Of a stretch of DNA of 42,656 nt, positions 1 to 8,965 are shown one piece after another. Numbering within the stretch: position 1 is the stretch's first letter; every line of letters begins with the position of its first letter. Source of the DNA: a virus (taxonomy: Duplodnaviria > Caudoviricetes); IMG/VR virus record IMGVR_UViG_3300030095_001515, positions 1 to 42,656 of that record; one strand, 5' to 3'. The notes beneath the pieces were generated by a model. The model searched no databases. It saw nothing but the letters and a program-made list of their open reading frames with translations, and was not told where the DNA came from. Made by a program: the position numbers and the translations under genes.

Positions 1-2
1 GA

Positions 3-188
3 CATTTAAGAACACATGCGAGGAAGAAAAAATTGAAACAAGAAGATATTTGTTATATTCATAAAATAGCCTATACTAAAGTAGAGGTAGAAGAACCAAT
101 TCCTTTTGCAGGCATGGTTAAATTTATAACTTATAAGTGCCCAATGTGCGATTCACCTACGGAGGTTGTTGATGTCACTAACGGATAA
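3..188 (+). CDS. small Cys/His protein (5'-partial, or TTG start at 33)
   Basis: Manual translation ...LKQEDICYIHKIAY...YKCPMCDSP...*; CxxH/CxxC; not in ORF track. Confidence 0.5.
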   Translation, partial: HLRTHARKKKLKQEDICYIHKIAYTKVEVEEPIPFAGMVKFITYKCPMCDSPTEVVDVTNG

Positions 189-309
189 AAGCAAAGCAAA
201 AGTAAAAAAGGTAGCAAAAATGTTAAAAAAAGCGTCTAATGCTCACGCTAAACAATCTAAAGTTTTGTCAAAGTTGGTAAAGAATGGCAAGAAAAAGAAA
301 AGATCCTAA
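172..309 (+). CDS. small Lys-rich protein (45 aa)
   Basis: GGAGG at 161-165; MSLTDKSKAKVKKVAKMLKKASNAHAKQSK...; below ORF-track cutoff. Confidence 0.65.
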   Translation: MSLTDKSKAKVKKVAKMLKKASNAHAKQSKVLSKLVKNGKKKKRS

Positions 310-577
310 GGTTGGGACTGGTAAAAAACCTAAAAAATCTGGTAGGAGGTTATACACCGATGAAAATCCTAAAGACACTGTCAGAATTAAATATGCGACT
401 GTGGCAGATGCTCGAGCAACTGCTGCAAAAGTCAAAAGAATTAATAAACCTTATGCTCGAAAAATTCAAATCCTTACTGTCATGGAACAAAGAGCCAAAG
501 TTGCAGGAAAAAATGAGCAAGCTCGAATCGCAAAGAAAGCAAAACAAACCCTCAAAAATAGGAGAGAAAAAAAATGA
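284..577 (+). CDS. basic phage protein (LYTDENPKDT motif)
   Basis: Very basic 97 aa ORF; ATGA overlap with next gene. Confidence 0.75.
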   Translation: MARKRKDPKVGTGKKPKKSGRRLYTDENPKDTVRIKYATVADARATAAKVKRINKPYARKIQILTVMEQRAKVAGKNEQARIAKKAKQTLKNRREKK

Positions 578-975
578 AAAAAGACCTCGTGGGCGGCCAA
601 AAAAAACTTGATGTAGCACCACCTTTTGGAGAGATCACTGGTGATGACTTTACAAAACTTCGTGGCAAAAGAGAAATGGCAAGTGGTGGAGCAACTAACA
701 TGGAAAACGATCCTCGTTACAAAATGTTAATGGATAAGTTAGACGCTGCTAGAGATAAAGGCGATACTGATGCAATCAGAGAAATAGAGTCCGATTTGGC
801 TAAAGAGTTTGATGTTGGTATGATGGGCGGAGGTTCTGTAGACGATGCCATGAAATACGAAGGCGGTGGTAAGATTATGATCAAGACTGTTGAGATATCA
901 ATGAAAATTCCAGAAAAACAAAAACGAGGAACTGGAGCAGCAATGTCTGGTACAAAGTTTAGCGGCACATTCTAA
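574..975 (+). CDS. hypothetical virion-associated protein with xxGG motifs
   Basis: AGGAG RBS; MASGG, MMGGG and YEGGG motifs. Confidence 0.75.
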   Translation: MKKDLVGGQKKLDVAPPFGEITGDDFTKLRGKREMASGGATNMENDPRYKMLMDKLDAARDKGDTDAIREIESDLAKEFDVGMMGGGSVDDAMKYEGGGKIMIKTVEISMKIPEKQKRGTGAAMSGTKFSGTF

Positions 976-978
976 TAT

Positions 979-1608
979 ATGGCAGAACTTGTATGTAATT
1001 TACCATCTATGAGTGTTTATGTTCGAAGAGAATATTTAAGAGATCATCAAGATGGACATGGAGAATTTGTAAAAGGTGTATGGGTCACTGCTAAATCTAT
1101 ACCAGGGAGAGCCTTTTACTTTGAAACATTTTTACCAGATTATGGTGCATTATATGATAAACTTCCTATTAGTGCATTTTTGTCAAAACCTAAAACTCCA
1201 GAAGTAGATTTAAATCTACCAAATTTACAGTTTTGGAATTGTATGGATTATAATGTTATAGCTTGTCATAAACAATTTATAGGCTCGATGGATTATGAAA
1301 TATTGACTAGGGATCATGGCACTATGCATGGATCTTACATTTGTACACTTGATAATTATCATGGACATGCTGATGTTATAGACTACACGACTAGTGAGGA
1401 ACCTGCAGAACATAAGTCATTTAATTTATTGAAGTTAGATAATGGACAGTTTTGTTTGTACCCCAACAATAGGATGAGAGTATACGATAACAGTTTGACA
1501 CCTAAAAAACCTAAACAACCAGACTTTAAAGTCAGTACAATTGAGTATCAAGTAGAGAATGGCTTTGAATATAGACTAGGTGATCAAGATGAATATTTTT
1601 GGAAATAA
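979..1608 (+). CDS. hypothetical phage protein
   Basis: 209 aa globular ORF tightly packed in operon. Confidence 0.75.
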   Translation: MAELVCNLPSMSVYVRREYLRDHQDGHGEFVKGVWVTAKSIPGRAFYFETFLPDYGALYDKLPISAFLSKPKTPEVDLNLPNLQFWNCMDYNVIACHKQFIGSMDYEILTRDHGTMHGSYICTLDNYHGHADVIDYTTSEEPAEHKSFNLLKLDNGQFCLYPNNRMRVYDNSLTPKKPKQPDFKVSTIEYQVENGFEYRLGDQDEYFWK

Positions 1609-1610
1609 TT

Positions 1611-1823
1611 ATGGATATAGTTGACTTTTCTAAAAAATTGTACAAAAGATTAAAAGAACGTGAAGACGACATCGTCTTGACGCTGACAACTGGTGGTGTT
1701 CAAAACCACGAACACTACAAGCAGCTAGTGGGTGAGTTACAAGGACTCTCATACACTCGAGAAGAAATCAAGTCCTTGCTGGAAGGAAAATTTGAAGATG
1801 CCGAAGACATTATACGTACCTGA
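1611..1823 (+). CDS. small helical protein upstream of GroES
   Basis: ATG at 1611; HYKQLVGELQGL motif; typical position in the head module. Confidence 0.7.
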   Translation: MDIVDFSKKLYKRLKEREDDIVLTLTTGGVQNHEHYKQLVGELQGLSYTREEIKSLLEGKFEDAEDIIRT

Positions 1824-2214
1824 TTATTTAAAAGAACAGTTAAAAAACAACAAACCTCAAACAGACGATCTCAAACTAAAAGAAAGACTACCCCAACCTA
1901 CTGGTTGGAGACTCCTTGTTATGCCTTATAAAGGGCGTGAAACAACTGAAGGTGGAATTCATTTACCAGATGCAGTCCGACAAAGAGAAGCTTTGGCAAC
2001 AGTAGTTGCCTACGTTTTGAAAGTAGGACCTCTTGCTTATAAAGATAAAGATAAATTTGGTGATGGAGAGCCTTGGTGTAAAGAAGGCGAATGGATATGC
2101 ATTGGTCGATATTCTGGCTCAAGATTCAGAATTGAAGGCGGTGAAGTAAGAATTATCAATGATGATGAAGTGATAGCTACCATCGTTGATCCAGAAGACA
2201 TTCAGCATATATAA
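1798..2214 (+). CDS. groES: GroES/Cpn10-like co-chaperonin
   Basis: PTGWRLLV, TEGGIHLPD mobile loop, VLKVGP, RIINDDEVIA; GAAGGA RBS favours ATG 1798. Confidence 0.9.
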   Translation: MPKTLYVPDYLKEQLKNNKPQTDDLKLKERLPQPTGWRLLVMPYKGRETTEGGIHLPDAVRQREALATVVAYVLKVGPLAYKDKDKFGDGEPWCKEGEWICIGRYSGSRFRIEGGEVRIINDDEVIATIVDPEDIQHI

Positions 2215-2223
2215 GGAGAAATC

Positions 2224-3135
2224 ATGTCTACAGTAGAAAAAAATGAAGTTAGAGAAGAAAATGTTTCACGTGAAACAATTGACGATAAACCCGTAGAAGT
2301 CGAACTTCCGCTTGGTCTTGATGAAAAGGATAAGAAATCAGAGCAAGTTACTGAAGTTAAAGAAGAAAAAAAAGAAGATGATGAAGTAACGGAATATAGT
2401 AAAAAGGTTCAAACAAGAATCAACCAGATTACTGATCGTTATAGAAAAGAACAACGTGATAAAGAAGAAGCGGTTCGTTTAGCTAAACAGTTAAAAGATC
2501 AAAACTCAAAGCTTGAGACTCAAATACAAAACTTAGATAAGGGTTACATATCTGAATATGGAACTAGGATTGAGTCCCAACTAGCGTCTGCGTCTGAAGC
2601 TTATAAAAAGGCACTTGAAGTAAATGATACTGATGCAATGGTCAAAGCTTCACAAGCAATTGCTAAAGTTACCATTGAGCAAGAAAGACATAGAATAGCT
2701 AAACAAAGACAAGAGGATCAAGATGTTTCACGTGAAACAATTCAGACTCAACCTCCTGTTCAAACACAAGCACAACCTGCACCAGAGCCAGATCCAAAAG
2801 CTAAAGCGTGGGCAGAAAAGAACATTTGGTTTGGTGAAAACGATGAAATGACGGCACTTGCTTTTGGTGTTGATAAAAAATTACAACAAGAAGGATTTGA
2901 CTTAGGAAGCGATGAGTACTATTCTGAGTTAGATAAACGAATTAGGAAAAGATTTCCCGAGGAGTTTCAAGAAGAAAAAACGAGTAGTGTTAACAGAGTC
3001 GCACCCGCTGATAGCACGGCATCTCGCAGTAACAGTAAGGGACGCAGGACCGTGAAGTTAACACCATCGCAAGTACAGATGGCTAAAAGACTAAATGTTC
3101 CTCTTGAAGAATATGCTAAATATGTGAAAGAGTAG
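2224..3135 (+). CDS. capsid scaffolding protein
   Basis: Acidic coiled coil; C-terminal KLTPSQVQMAKRLNVPLEEYAKY; upstream of capsid genes. Confidence 0.75.
   Translation: MSTVEKNEVREENVSRETIDDKPVEVELPLGLDEKDKKSEQVTEVKEEKKEDDEVTEYSKKVQTRINQITDRYRKEQRDKEEAVRLAKQLKDQNSKLETQIQNLDKGYISEYGTRIESQLASASEAYKKALEVNDTDAMVKASQAIAKVTIEQERHRIAKQRQEDQDVSRETIQTQPPVQTQAQPAPEPDPKAKAWAEKNIWFGENDEMTALAFGVDKKLQQEGFDLGSDEYYSELDKRIRKRFPEEFQEEKTSSVNRVAPADSTASRSNSKGRRTVKLTPSQVQMAKRLNVPLEEYAKYVKE
2262..2277. promoter_or_regulatory. parS: parS site 1 (TGTTTCACGTGAAACA)
   Basis: Perfect 16-bp palindrome identical to the bacterial chromosomal parS consensus. Confidence 0.8.
2724..2739. promoter_or_regulatory. parS: parS site 2 (TGTTTCACGTGAAACA)
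   Basis: Second perfect copy; shares 20-bp ATGTTTCACGTGAAACAATT with site 1. Confidence 0.8.
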
Positions 3136-3143
3136 GAAATATT

Positions 3144-3593
3144 ATGACAGATAGAACAACTCCACGATCAGACAATACACGTGCTAAGACAACACGCAGA
3201 AAACCATGGGCACCACCTAGTAGACTAGACGCTCCGAAGCCAAAAGATGGGTTTAAACATCGTTGGATCAGAACACATTTAAGAGGAGATGACGATCAAA
3301 TGAACGTTCATCAAAGACTTAGAGAAGGTTATGAGCCAGTAAGAGTTGATGAATATCCCGATCAAGACTTTGCTTCAGTTGAAGAAGGAAAACATGAGGG
3401 TGTAATTGGTAATGGTGGGTTAATGCTCGCCAGAATTCCTGAGGAGACAGTTGAAGAGAGAACTGAATATTATCGGGATCAGACCCGCAATCAAATGACT
3501 GCCGTAGACTCAGACTTAATGAAGGAACAACATCCTTCCATGCCTATTGAAAATAATAGGCGGAGTCAAGTAACTTTCGGAGGTAAGAAATAA
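3144..3593 (+). CDS. head-module protein
   Basis: KPWAPPSRL, HRWIR, REGYEPV, GGLMLARIP; lies between scaffold and capsid. Confidence 0.75.
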   Translation: MTDRTTPRSDNTRAKTTRRKPWAPPSRLDAPKPKDGFKHRWIRTHLRGDDDQMNVHQRLREGYEPVRVDEYPDQDFASVEEGKHEGVIGNGGLMLARIPEETVEERTEYYRDQTRNQMTAVDSDLMKEQHPSMPIENNRRSQVTFGGKK

Positions 3594-3626
3594 TCTCTTA
3601 TCTTTTAACTTAATAAGGAGCTATAA

Positions 3627-4253
3627 ATGGCAAATGCAGATTTAAAATTTGGTCTAAAGCCAATTAATGCTATGGGGGGTACAAACCCTGGTGGCACAAA
3701 TCAGTATTTCATTGCTAGTGATGCAGCAGCTATTTTCCAAGGCACTCCTGTTCAAGTCGAGTTAACTGGTGGTACAATCCAAGTACTGGGTGCTGCTACT
3801 GGAGACGCAAGGCAGATCTTAGGAGTTTTTGCTGGGTGTGAATACGTTGACAACACTACAAAGAAATTAAAATTTTCCAACACGTGGCCAGGAGATGGTT
3901 CAGCCGATACTAATTTTGATATTAAAGGCTTTGTATATGACAATCCAATGCAAAGGTATGTCATATGTTCTGATGGTACTAATACTAGCAGAGCTACTGC
4001 AAAAGTTGATATTTTCAAAACTGCTGAGTTAGAGAATGCTACAAGTGGAAACACAACAACTGGTATATCAACCGCACAGATAGACATTTCTACTGCTGAA
4101 GATTCCGATCCATCAAATCCTTTGATGATTCTTGGAATTCAAGAGGACGTAGAAAATCAAGATCATACTGCTGCTGGAATTAAGTATATCGTAAAAATCA
4201 ATAATCACGTCTTCTTCAGTTCAGTTGGAGATGGTGATGCTGCTATATCATAA
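3627..4253 (+). CDS. capsid decoration/minor capsid protein
   Basis: AAGGAG RBS; beta-rich; immediately upstream of the major capsid gene. Confidence 0.65.
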   Translation: MANADLKFGLKPINAMGGTNPGGTNQYFIASDAAAIFQGTPVQVELTGGTIQVLGAATGDARQILGVFAGCEYVDNTTKKLKFSNTWPGDGSADTNFDIKGFVYDNPMQRYVICSDGTNTSRATAKVDIFKTAELENATSGNTTTGISTAQIDISTAEDSDPSNPLMILGIQEDVENQDHTAAGIKYIVKINNHVFFSSVGDGDAAIS

Positions 4254-4265
4254 GGAGGCTTAACT

Positions 4266-5174
4266 ATGGCAATTTCAAGAGCACAACTCGCCAAAGAATT
4301 AGAGCCTGGCTTAAATGCCCTCTTTGGTATGGAATTCGGCAGGTATGAAAATCAACATGCTGAAATTTTTACAACTGAATCTTCAGATAGATCTTTTGAA
4401 GAAGAAGTAATGCTTTCTGGTTTTGGTGCAGCACCAGTGAAACAAGAAGGTTCTGGAGTATCATTTGATGATGCCAACGAATCATTCACTGCTCGCTACA
4501 ATCATGAAACTATTGCTTTAGCTTTCTCAATCACTGAAGAAGCAGTAGAGGACAACTTGTATGACAGATTGTCTTCAAGATATACACGTGCATTAGCAAG
4601 ATCAATGGCACATACAAAGCAAGTTAAGGCAGCTTCTGTTCTTAATAATGCTTTTGATAGTTCAGTTACTGGTGGTGACGGAGTTGAGTTATGTTCAACT
4701 GCACACCCAATTATAACTGGTGGTACTTTTGCTAATGAGCCATCAACAGATGCGGACCTTAACGAAACATCTTTAGAAGATGCTTTGATAAGTATTGCAG
4801 GTTTTGTTGATGAAAGAGGTCTTAAAATTGCATTGACTGGTAGAAAGTTAGTTATACCACGTCAACTACAATTTGTAGCTGAAAGGCTAATGGCATCTAA
4901 TTTGAGAACTGCAACAGCAGACAATGACATTAACGCAATTAGATCAACTGGAATGCTTCCAGAAGGTTACACAGTTAATGACTTTTTGACTGACACAGAT
5001 GCATTTTTCATCTTAACAGATACTCCAAGAGGCTTTATGCATTTTGAGAGAACACCATTAGCTACTCAAATGGAAGCAGATTTTGATACTGGCAATATGA
5101 GATTTAAGGCCAGAGAAAGATACAGTTTTGGATTTTCCGATCCAAGATGTGTCTTTGGATCAAAGGGTGCATAA
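4266..5174 (+). CDS. major capsid protein (Mu gpT-like, HK97 fold)
   Basis: MAISRAQLAKELEPGLNALFG, FSITEEAVEDNLY, DFDTGNMRFKARERYSFG; AGGAGG RBS; terminator follows. Confidence 0.9.
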   Translation: MAISRAQLAKELEPGLNALFGMEFGRYENQHAEIFTTESSDRSFEEEVMLSGFGAAPVKQEGSGVSFDDANESFTARYNHETIALAFSITEEAVEDNLYDRLSSRYTRALARSMAHTKQVKAASVLNNAFDSSVTGGDGVELCSTAHPIITGGTFANEPSTDADLNETSLEDALISIAGFVDERGLKIALTGRKLVIPRQLQFVAERLMASNLRTATADNDINAIRSTGMLPEGYTVNDFLTDTDAFFILTDTPRGFMHFERTPLATQMEADFDTGNMRFKARERYSFGFSDPRCVFGSKGA

Positions 5175-5195
5175 TTAGAAATCCCTCATCGGATG

Positions 5196-5226
5196 AAAAG
5201 AGCGGCTTTACAGTCGCTCTTTTTTT
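5196..5226 (+). terminator. Rho-independent terminator after capsid gene
   Basis: AAAAGAGCGGCT/AGTCGCTCTTTT stem followed by T run. Confidence 0.85.
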
Positions 5227-5236
5227 ATGTTATAGT
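5207..5236 (+). promoter_or_regulatory. sigma70-like promoter overlapping the terminator
   Basis: TTTACA-18-TATAGT with extended -10 TG. Confidence 0.5.
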
Positions 5237-5243
5237 TTTAATA

Positions 5244-5285
5244 CCTTGACGAGGAATCAACCTCGACATTTGCCACGACAAGGAG
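5244..5285 (+). ncRNA. structured leader, candidate Mu-gpT-DE-like RNA motif
   Basis: CCTTG(5244-48)/CAAGG(5279-83) outer stem overlaps the RBS; inner CGAGG/CCTCG hairpin; downstream of gpT-like gene. Confidence 0.5.
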
Positions 5286-5291
5286 ATTTAA

Positions 5292-5921
5292 ATGGCTAAT
5301 ACAACTTTTTCGGGTCCAGTCCGTTCTGAGGGTGGATTTAACGTAATAAATAAAAGTACAACAACTGGTGCAGTTACAGAAACTGGTTTTTCAATAAATT
5401 CAACTGGACAACTTATTTCTTTAGGAACAAGAAAGATTCAAACATTTGCAGTGAGTTTAGCAGGTACAAATGCAGCATCTGTTACTTATGGAGACAATGA
5501 TGTTCTTGTTGAGATTGGAGAACTAAATACTGACCATCCAGATGCTTTAGTAACTGCGAGTAAATTTTTCATTCACAAAATAGTCCTTGGGATAACAACT
5601 CCTGCTGCAAGTGATGCACAATCTTTAGCAAACCTACAGTTAAGTGCTACATCAGGTACTGCAACTAATACTGCTATATCCTCTGGTACAGAGATTGTTG
5701 GTGCGGGTGTAACATCATTTAATCCAAGAATATCAGCAACAGATTCAGTAACAGAAGTTGATATTGATTTAGATGCAAGTGCTGGTACATTTCATGTGTT
5801 TGAACCAAATCTTAATGCAGCGATAGCTAGTAAACATTTATACATGGGTGCTGGTGCTGCTTGTGATGCTGCTTTAACTGCTTTCCGTGGTACACTTGAA
5901 ATAGAATATTCCGTTTATTAA
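5292..5921 (+). CDS. virion structural protein
   Basis: MANTTFSGPVRS N-terminus; Thr/Ala/Ser-rich; AGGAG RBS. Confidence 0.7.
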   Translation: MANTTFSGPVRSEGGFNVINKSTTTGAVTETGFSINSTGQLISLGTRKIQTFAVSLAGTNAASVTYGDNDVLVEIGELNTDHPDALVTASKFFIHKIVLGITTPAASDAQSLANLQLSATSGTATNTAISSGTEIVGAGVTSFNPRISATDSVTEVDIDLDASAGTFHVFEPNLNAAIASKHLYMGAGAACDAALTAFRGTLEIEYSVY

Positions 5922-5933
5922 TAGGAGAGTGAT

Positions 5934-6536
5934 ATGGCAGGTCGTTCAGACGTACGAGCACTCACAGTTAGTGATGAAAATGCAGCAAGCACCACAAGAA
6001 TAGCTGTTGCAGCTAGACCAACGGGAGCTTTCACTTTAGCTAACACTACTCATGCAAGTGGGGCAGGAAGAAATGTTACAGTTACAACGGCAGGAACTGG
6101 CGATAATGCAAAAACAGTTACTGTTGTTGGAACAGATGTTTTTGGAAATGCTCTAACTGAAATCATCACTTCTACTAGTTCTGCTGAAACAGTGGCGGGG
6201 ACTAGTATATTTTTGTCAATAACTTCAGCTACGTGTTCAGCACAATATGCAGCAAACGTTTCTGTTGGTTCTGGATCTTTGTGTGGACAAGCTATTTTTG
6301 GTGGAAGAACAAGACTCAAAGGTTTCTCTGTAACATCTGGAGGAACCGCAGGTGATGTTGAATTTTTTGATGGCTCACCAGAAGATGGAACAGCTTTGTT
6401 TAAATCAAGAACTATAGGCACTGCTAATACTGTGATTGATAGAAATATACCAGATGAAGGTGTACTGTTTGCAAGTGGAATGTCTGTAAAATATACAGTT
6501 GATGTTTCAGATATGATGACTTTCTTCTTTGCATAG
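5934..6536 (+). CDS. virion structural protein
   Basis: Beta-rich; IPDEGVLF motif; AGGAG RBS. Confidence 0.7.
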   Translation: MAGRSDVRALTVSDENAASTTRIAVAARPTGAFTLANTTHASGAGRNVTVTTAGTGDNAKTVTVVGTDVFGNALTEIITSTSSAETVAGTSIFLSITSATCSAQYAANVSVGSGSLCGQAIFGGRTRLKGFSVTSGGTAGDVEFFDGSPEDGTALFKSRTIGTANTVIDRNIPDEGVLFASGMSVKYTVDVSDMMTFFFA

Positions 6537-6544
6537 GAGAAGTA

Positions 6545-6829
6545 ATGTCTAGAAAAAAAGACAAACAACCACCTAAAACTAAAAAGTATTTCCGCCCTAC
6601 TAAAAAAGGGGCGGGAATGACTAAAGAGGGTGTTGCTAAATATAGAAGAGACAACCCTGGTAGTAAGTTAAAAACTGCGGTTACTGGTAAAGTTAAACCT
6701 GGTAGCAAAGCTGCAAAAAGACGTAAATCATTTTGTGCAAGATCCGCAGGTCAAATGAAGAAGTTTCCAAAGGCTGCTAAAAATCCAAACAGTCGATTGA
6801 GACAAGCAAGAAGAAGATGGAAATGTTAA
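6545..6829 (+). CDS. basic protein (DUF6321-like)
   Basis: RRKSFCARSAG...NSRLRQARRRWKC. Confidence 0.75.
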   Translation: MSRKKDKQPPKTKKYFRPTKKGAGMTKEGVAKYRRDNPGSKLKTAVTGKVKPGSKAAKRRKSFCARSAGQMKKFPKAAKNPNSRLRQARRRWKC

Positions 6830-7036
6830 ATGCCTAGAGGAAGACCAAAAAAACTGACCGCAGAACAAGTTATGGCCGAGTTAGCTAGACATGAAAAAGA
6901 ATGCGGTTTTAGATATACCAGATTAGAAGAAAAACTAGAGGATAATAAGGCTAGTCTCAAAGGTCTTGATATGAGACTTTGGGGATTAGGTGTGTTAATA
7001 ATAGGTGCTGCAATAGCTGAGAATTTTGTACAATGA
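6830..7036 (+). CDS. small coiled-coil protein with C-terminal TM helix (possibly holin-like)
   Basis: HEKECGFRY...LWGLGVLIIGAAIA. Confidence 0.6.
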   Translation: MPRGRPKKLTAEQVMAELARHEKECGFRYTRLEEKLEDNKASLKGLDMRLWGLGVLIIGAAIAENFVQ

Positions 7037-7194
7037 CCATGTCTCGTGGTAGTATGAGTAAACAAATTACGAATCCACCTAGAAAGAAAAAATGGAGTGC
7101 CAAGAGGAAGACAAAGATCAATTGCAAACGACCTAAAGGATTTTCTGAGAGAGCACATTGTGCCTCTAAAAAAAGGAGAGGTAATAAAAGGTAG
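7033..7194 (+). CDS. small basic protein (53 aa)
   Basis: ATGA overlap; KWSAKRKTKINCKRPKGFSERAHC; not in ORF track. Confidence 0.65.
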   Translation: MTMSRGSMSKQITNPPRKKKWSAKRKTKINCKRPKGFSERAHCASKKRRGNKR

Positions 7195-7266
7195 TCCAGT
7201 TAAATTATGCCTTGAGTGTGGAAGAAAAAAATGGACTTGTAAGTGCCACAAAATAAGGAGTAAGTA

Positions 7267-7707
7267 ATGCCAAAAGACGCATGTTATCATAAAGTTAAAG
7301 CTCGCTACAAAGTTTTTCCCTCAGCGTATGCCTCAGGAGCTATTGCAAAATGTCGCAAGGTTGGTGCTGCAAACTATGGCACTGGCGGTAAAAAGAAAAA
7401 AACCAAGAAAAAAGCAGAAGGCGGTGCAGTTAAGTTTGGTTCTGGTGGAAGTCCTAAATTTGAAGAGGTAGGCAGTCCAAGGTATAATATGAAAGATTTA
7501 GAAAAAGCAGTAAGAGAACTATATTACGAAAAAAAACTACCTCCAAAACCAAATTTTACTGTTGATTCAAAAGGAAATGCTACAAAAAATTTTAGAAATG
7601 GCGGATCCACTAAACAAAAACGTAAAAGACCATCAAAAAACCCAAACATTGCAAAAGGTTGTGGTGTCGTTATGAATAATAGAAGAAAAGAAACGTTTTA
7701 CGGATAA
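7267..7707 (+). CDS. basic protein (DUF5872-like N-terminus)
   Basis: DACYHKVKARYKVFPSAYASGAIAKCRK; several xxGG motifs. Confidence 0.75.
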   Translation: MPKDACYHKVKARYKVFPSAYASGAIAKCRKVGAANYGTGGKKKKTKKKAEGGAVKFGSGGSPKFEEVGSPRYNMKDLEKAVRELYYEKKLPPKPNFTVDSKGNATKNFRNGGSTKQKRKRPSKNPNIAKGCGVVMNNRRKETFYG

Positions 7708-7985
7708 TGGCAGTTAGAAAAACAAAAGCTGGTCTAGCACTTAAACGATGGTTCAAAGAAGATTGGAAAGATCAAAGAACTGGTAAAAAGTGTGGAAGAC
7801 AAAAGGGTGAAAAAAGAGGTACACCTTATTGTAGACCAACAAAACGTATTTCTAAGAAAACACCAAAAACTGCATCAGAGATGACAGCCACTGAAAAACG
7901 TAGTAGGATAGCACAGAAGAAAAGATTAGGTCAGCCTAAAGGTGCTCCAAGAAGAGTTAAATCGCTTAAAAGAAGGAAAAAATAA
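7707..7985 (+). CDS. basic protein
   Basis: LKRWFKEDWKD...CGR...YCRP; TAATG coupling. Confidence 0.75.
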   Translation: MAVRKTKAGLALKRWFKEDWKDQRTGKKCGRQKGEKRGTPYCRPTKRISKKTPKTASEMTATEKRSRIAQKKRLGQPKGAPRRVKSLKRRKK

Positions 7986-8296
7986 TGCCTGATACAACAA
8001 AACAAACTATGACTAGTCTTAGAAAACAAATAGCTGATAAAATGAAAAATGAAAATATTCTAACTAGAAAAATTTCAAAATTAGAAGATAAAATAATACA
8101 ACTTCAAGGATCAAGTCCCCCTACTGTTAAGAAAAGATTTGGTGGTGCTTTAAATAAAAAAACTGAGTTAAACAAAGCAATCCAAAAGGTAAAAAACAAA
8201 ACAAAGCCAAAAACAAAAGGCAAACTTAATCCTAGTCTTCAAGCCTTCTTGAATAAGAAAAAGAAAAAAATGAACAGTAAAAAGAAAATGGGTTAA
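7985..8296 (+). CDS. Lys-rich protein
   Basis: TAATG coupling; basic composition. Confidence 0.65.
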   Translation: MPDTTKQTMTSLRKQIADKMKNENILTRKISKLEDKIIQLQGSSPPTVKKRFGGALNKKTELNKAIQKVKNKTKPKTKGKLNPSLQAFLNKKKKKMNSKKKMG

Positions 8297-8299
8297 GAT

Positions 8300-8965
8300 A
8301 TGACAACATCCAGTTCAAGAGATTTTAATTTAGATGTAGCAGAAGCTATTGAAGAAGCATATGAGCGTTGTGGTCTAGAGATGAGAACTGGATATGATGC
8401 AAAGACTGCACGTAGATCTTTGAATATTATGTTTTCTGAGTGGGCAAACAGAGGTTTAAATCTTTGGACTGTTGAACAAGCGACACAATCCTTAACATCT
8501 GGGACTGCATCATATCAGTTTACTGCTGATTATACTGATCTGCTCGAGGTAGTTATAAGAAGAAGCAATACTGATTTTTCCTTATCAAGAATGTCTCGAG
8601 GCGATTATTTAAACCTTCCAAACAAGTCTCAGAGCGGAAGACCTAGTCAATACTATTTTGACAGAAAGATAACACCTTCTCTTATTCTTTGGCCAACTCC
8701 AGATTCTAGTTCAGACAGTTTGGTTTATTACTATGTCCGTAGAATACAAGATGCAGATACTTTACAAAACACTAGCGATATTCCTTTTCGTTTTTTACCT
8801 TGTTTAGTTGCAGGACTTGCTTACTATATATCTATGAAAAGAGCACCCGATAGAATACAGATATTAAAGAGTGTTTATGAAGAAGAATTTCAAAGAGCAA
8901 GTGATGAAGATGAAGATAGAGTACCACTTAAACTTACACCAGATATTAAATACTTGAGGGTCTGA
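8300..8965 (+). CDS. head-tail adaptor / tail tubular protein
   Basis: IEEAYERCG, ARRSLNIMFSEWANRGLNLW, GRPSQYYFDR, LWPTPD. Confidence 0.7.
   Translation: MTTSSSRDFNLDVAEAIEEAYERCGLEMRTGYDAKTARRSLNIMFSEWANRGLNLWTVEQATQSLTSGTASYQFTADYTDLLEVVIRRSNTDFSLSRMSRGDYLNLPNKSQSGRPSQYYFDRKITPSLILWPTPDSSSDSLVYYYVRRIQDADTLQNTSDIPFRFLPCLVAGLAYYISMKRAPDRIQILKSVYEEEFQRASDEDEDRVPLKLTPDIKYLRV

Noticed and set aside
312-611. Alternative-frame 99-aa ORF over 284-577
   Set aside because: TTG start, no motif, and not coupled to neighbours, unlike the MTase beta frame.
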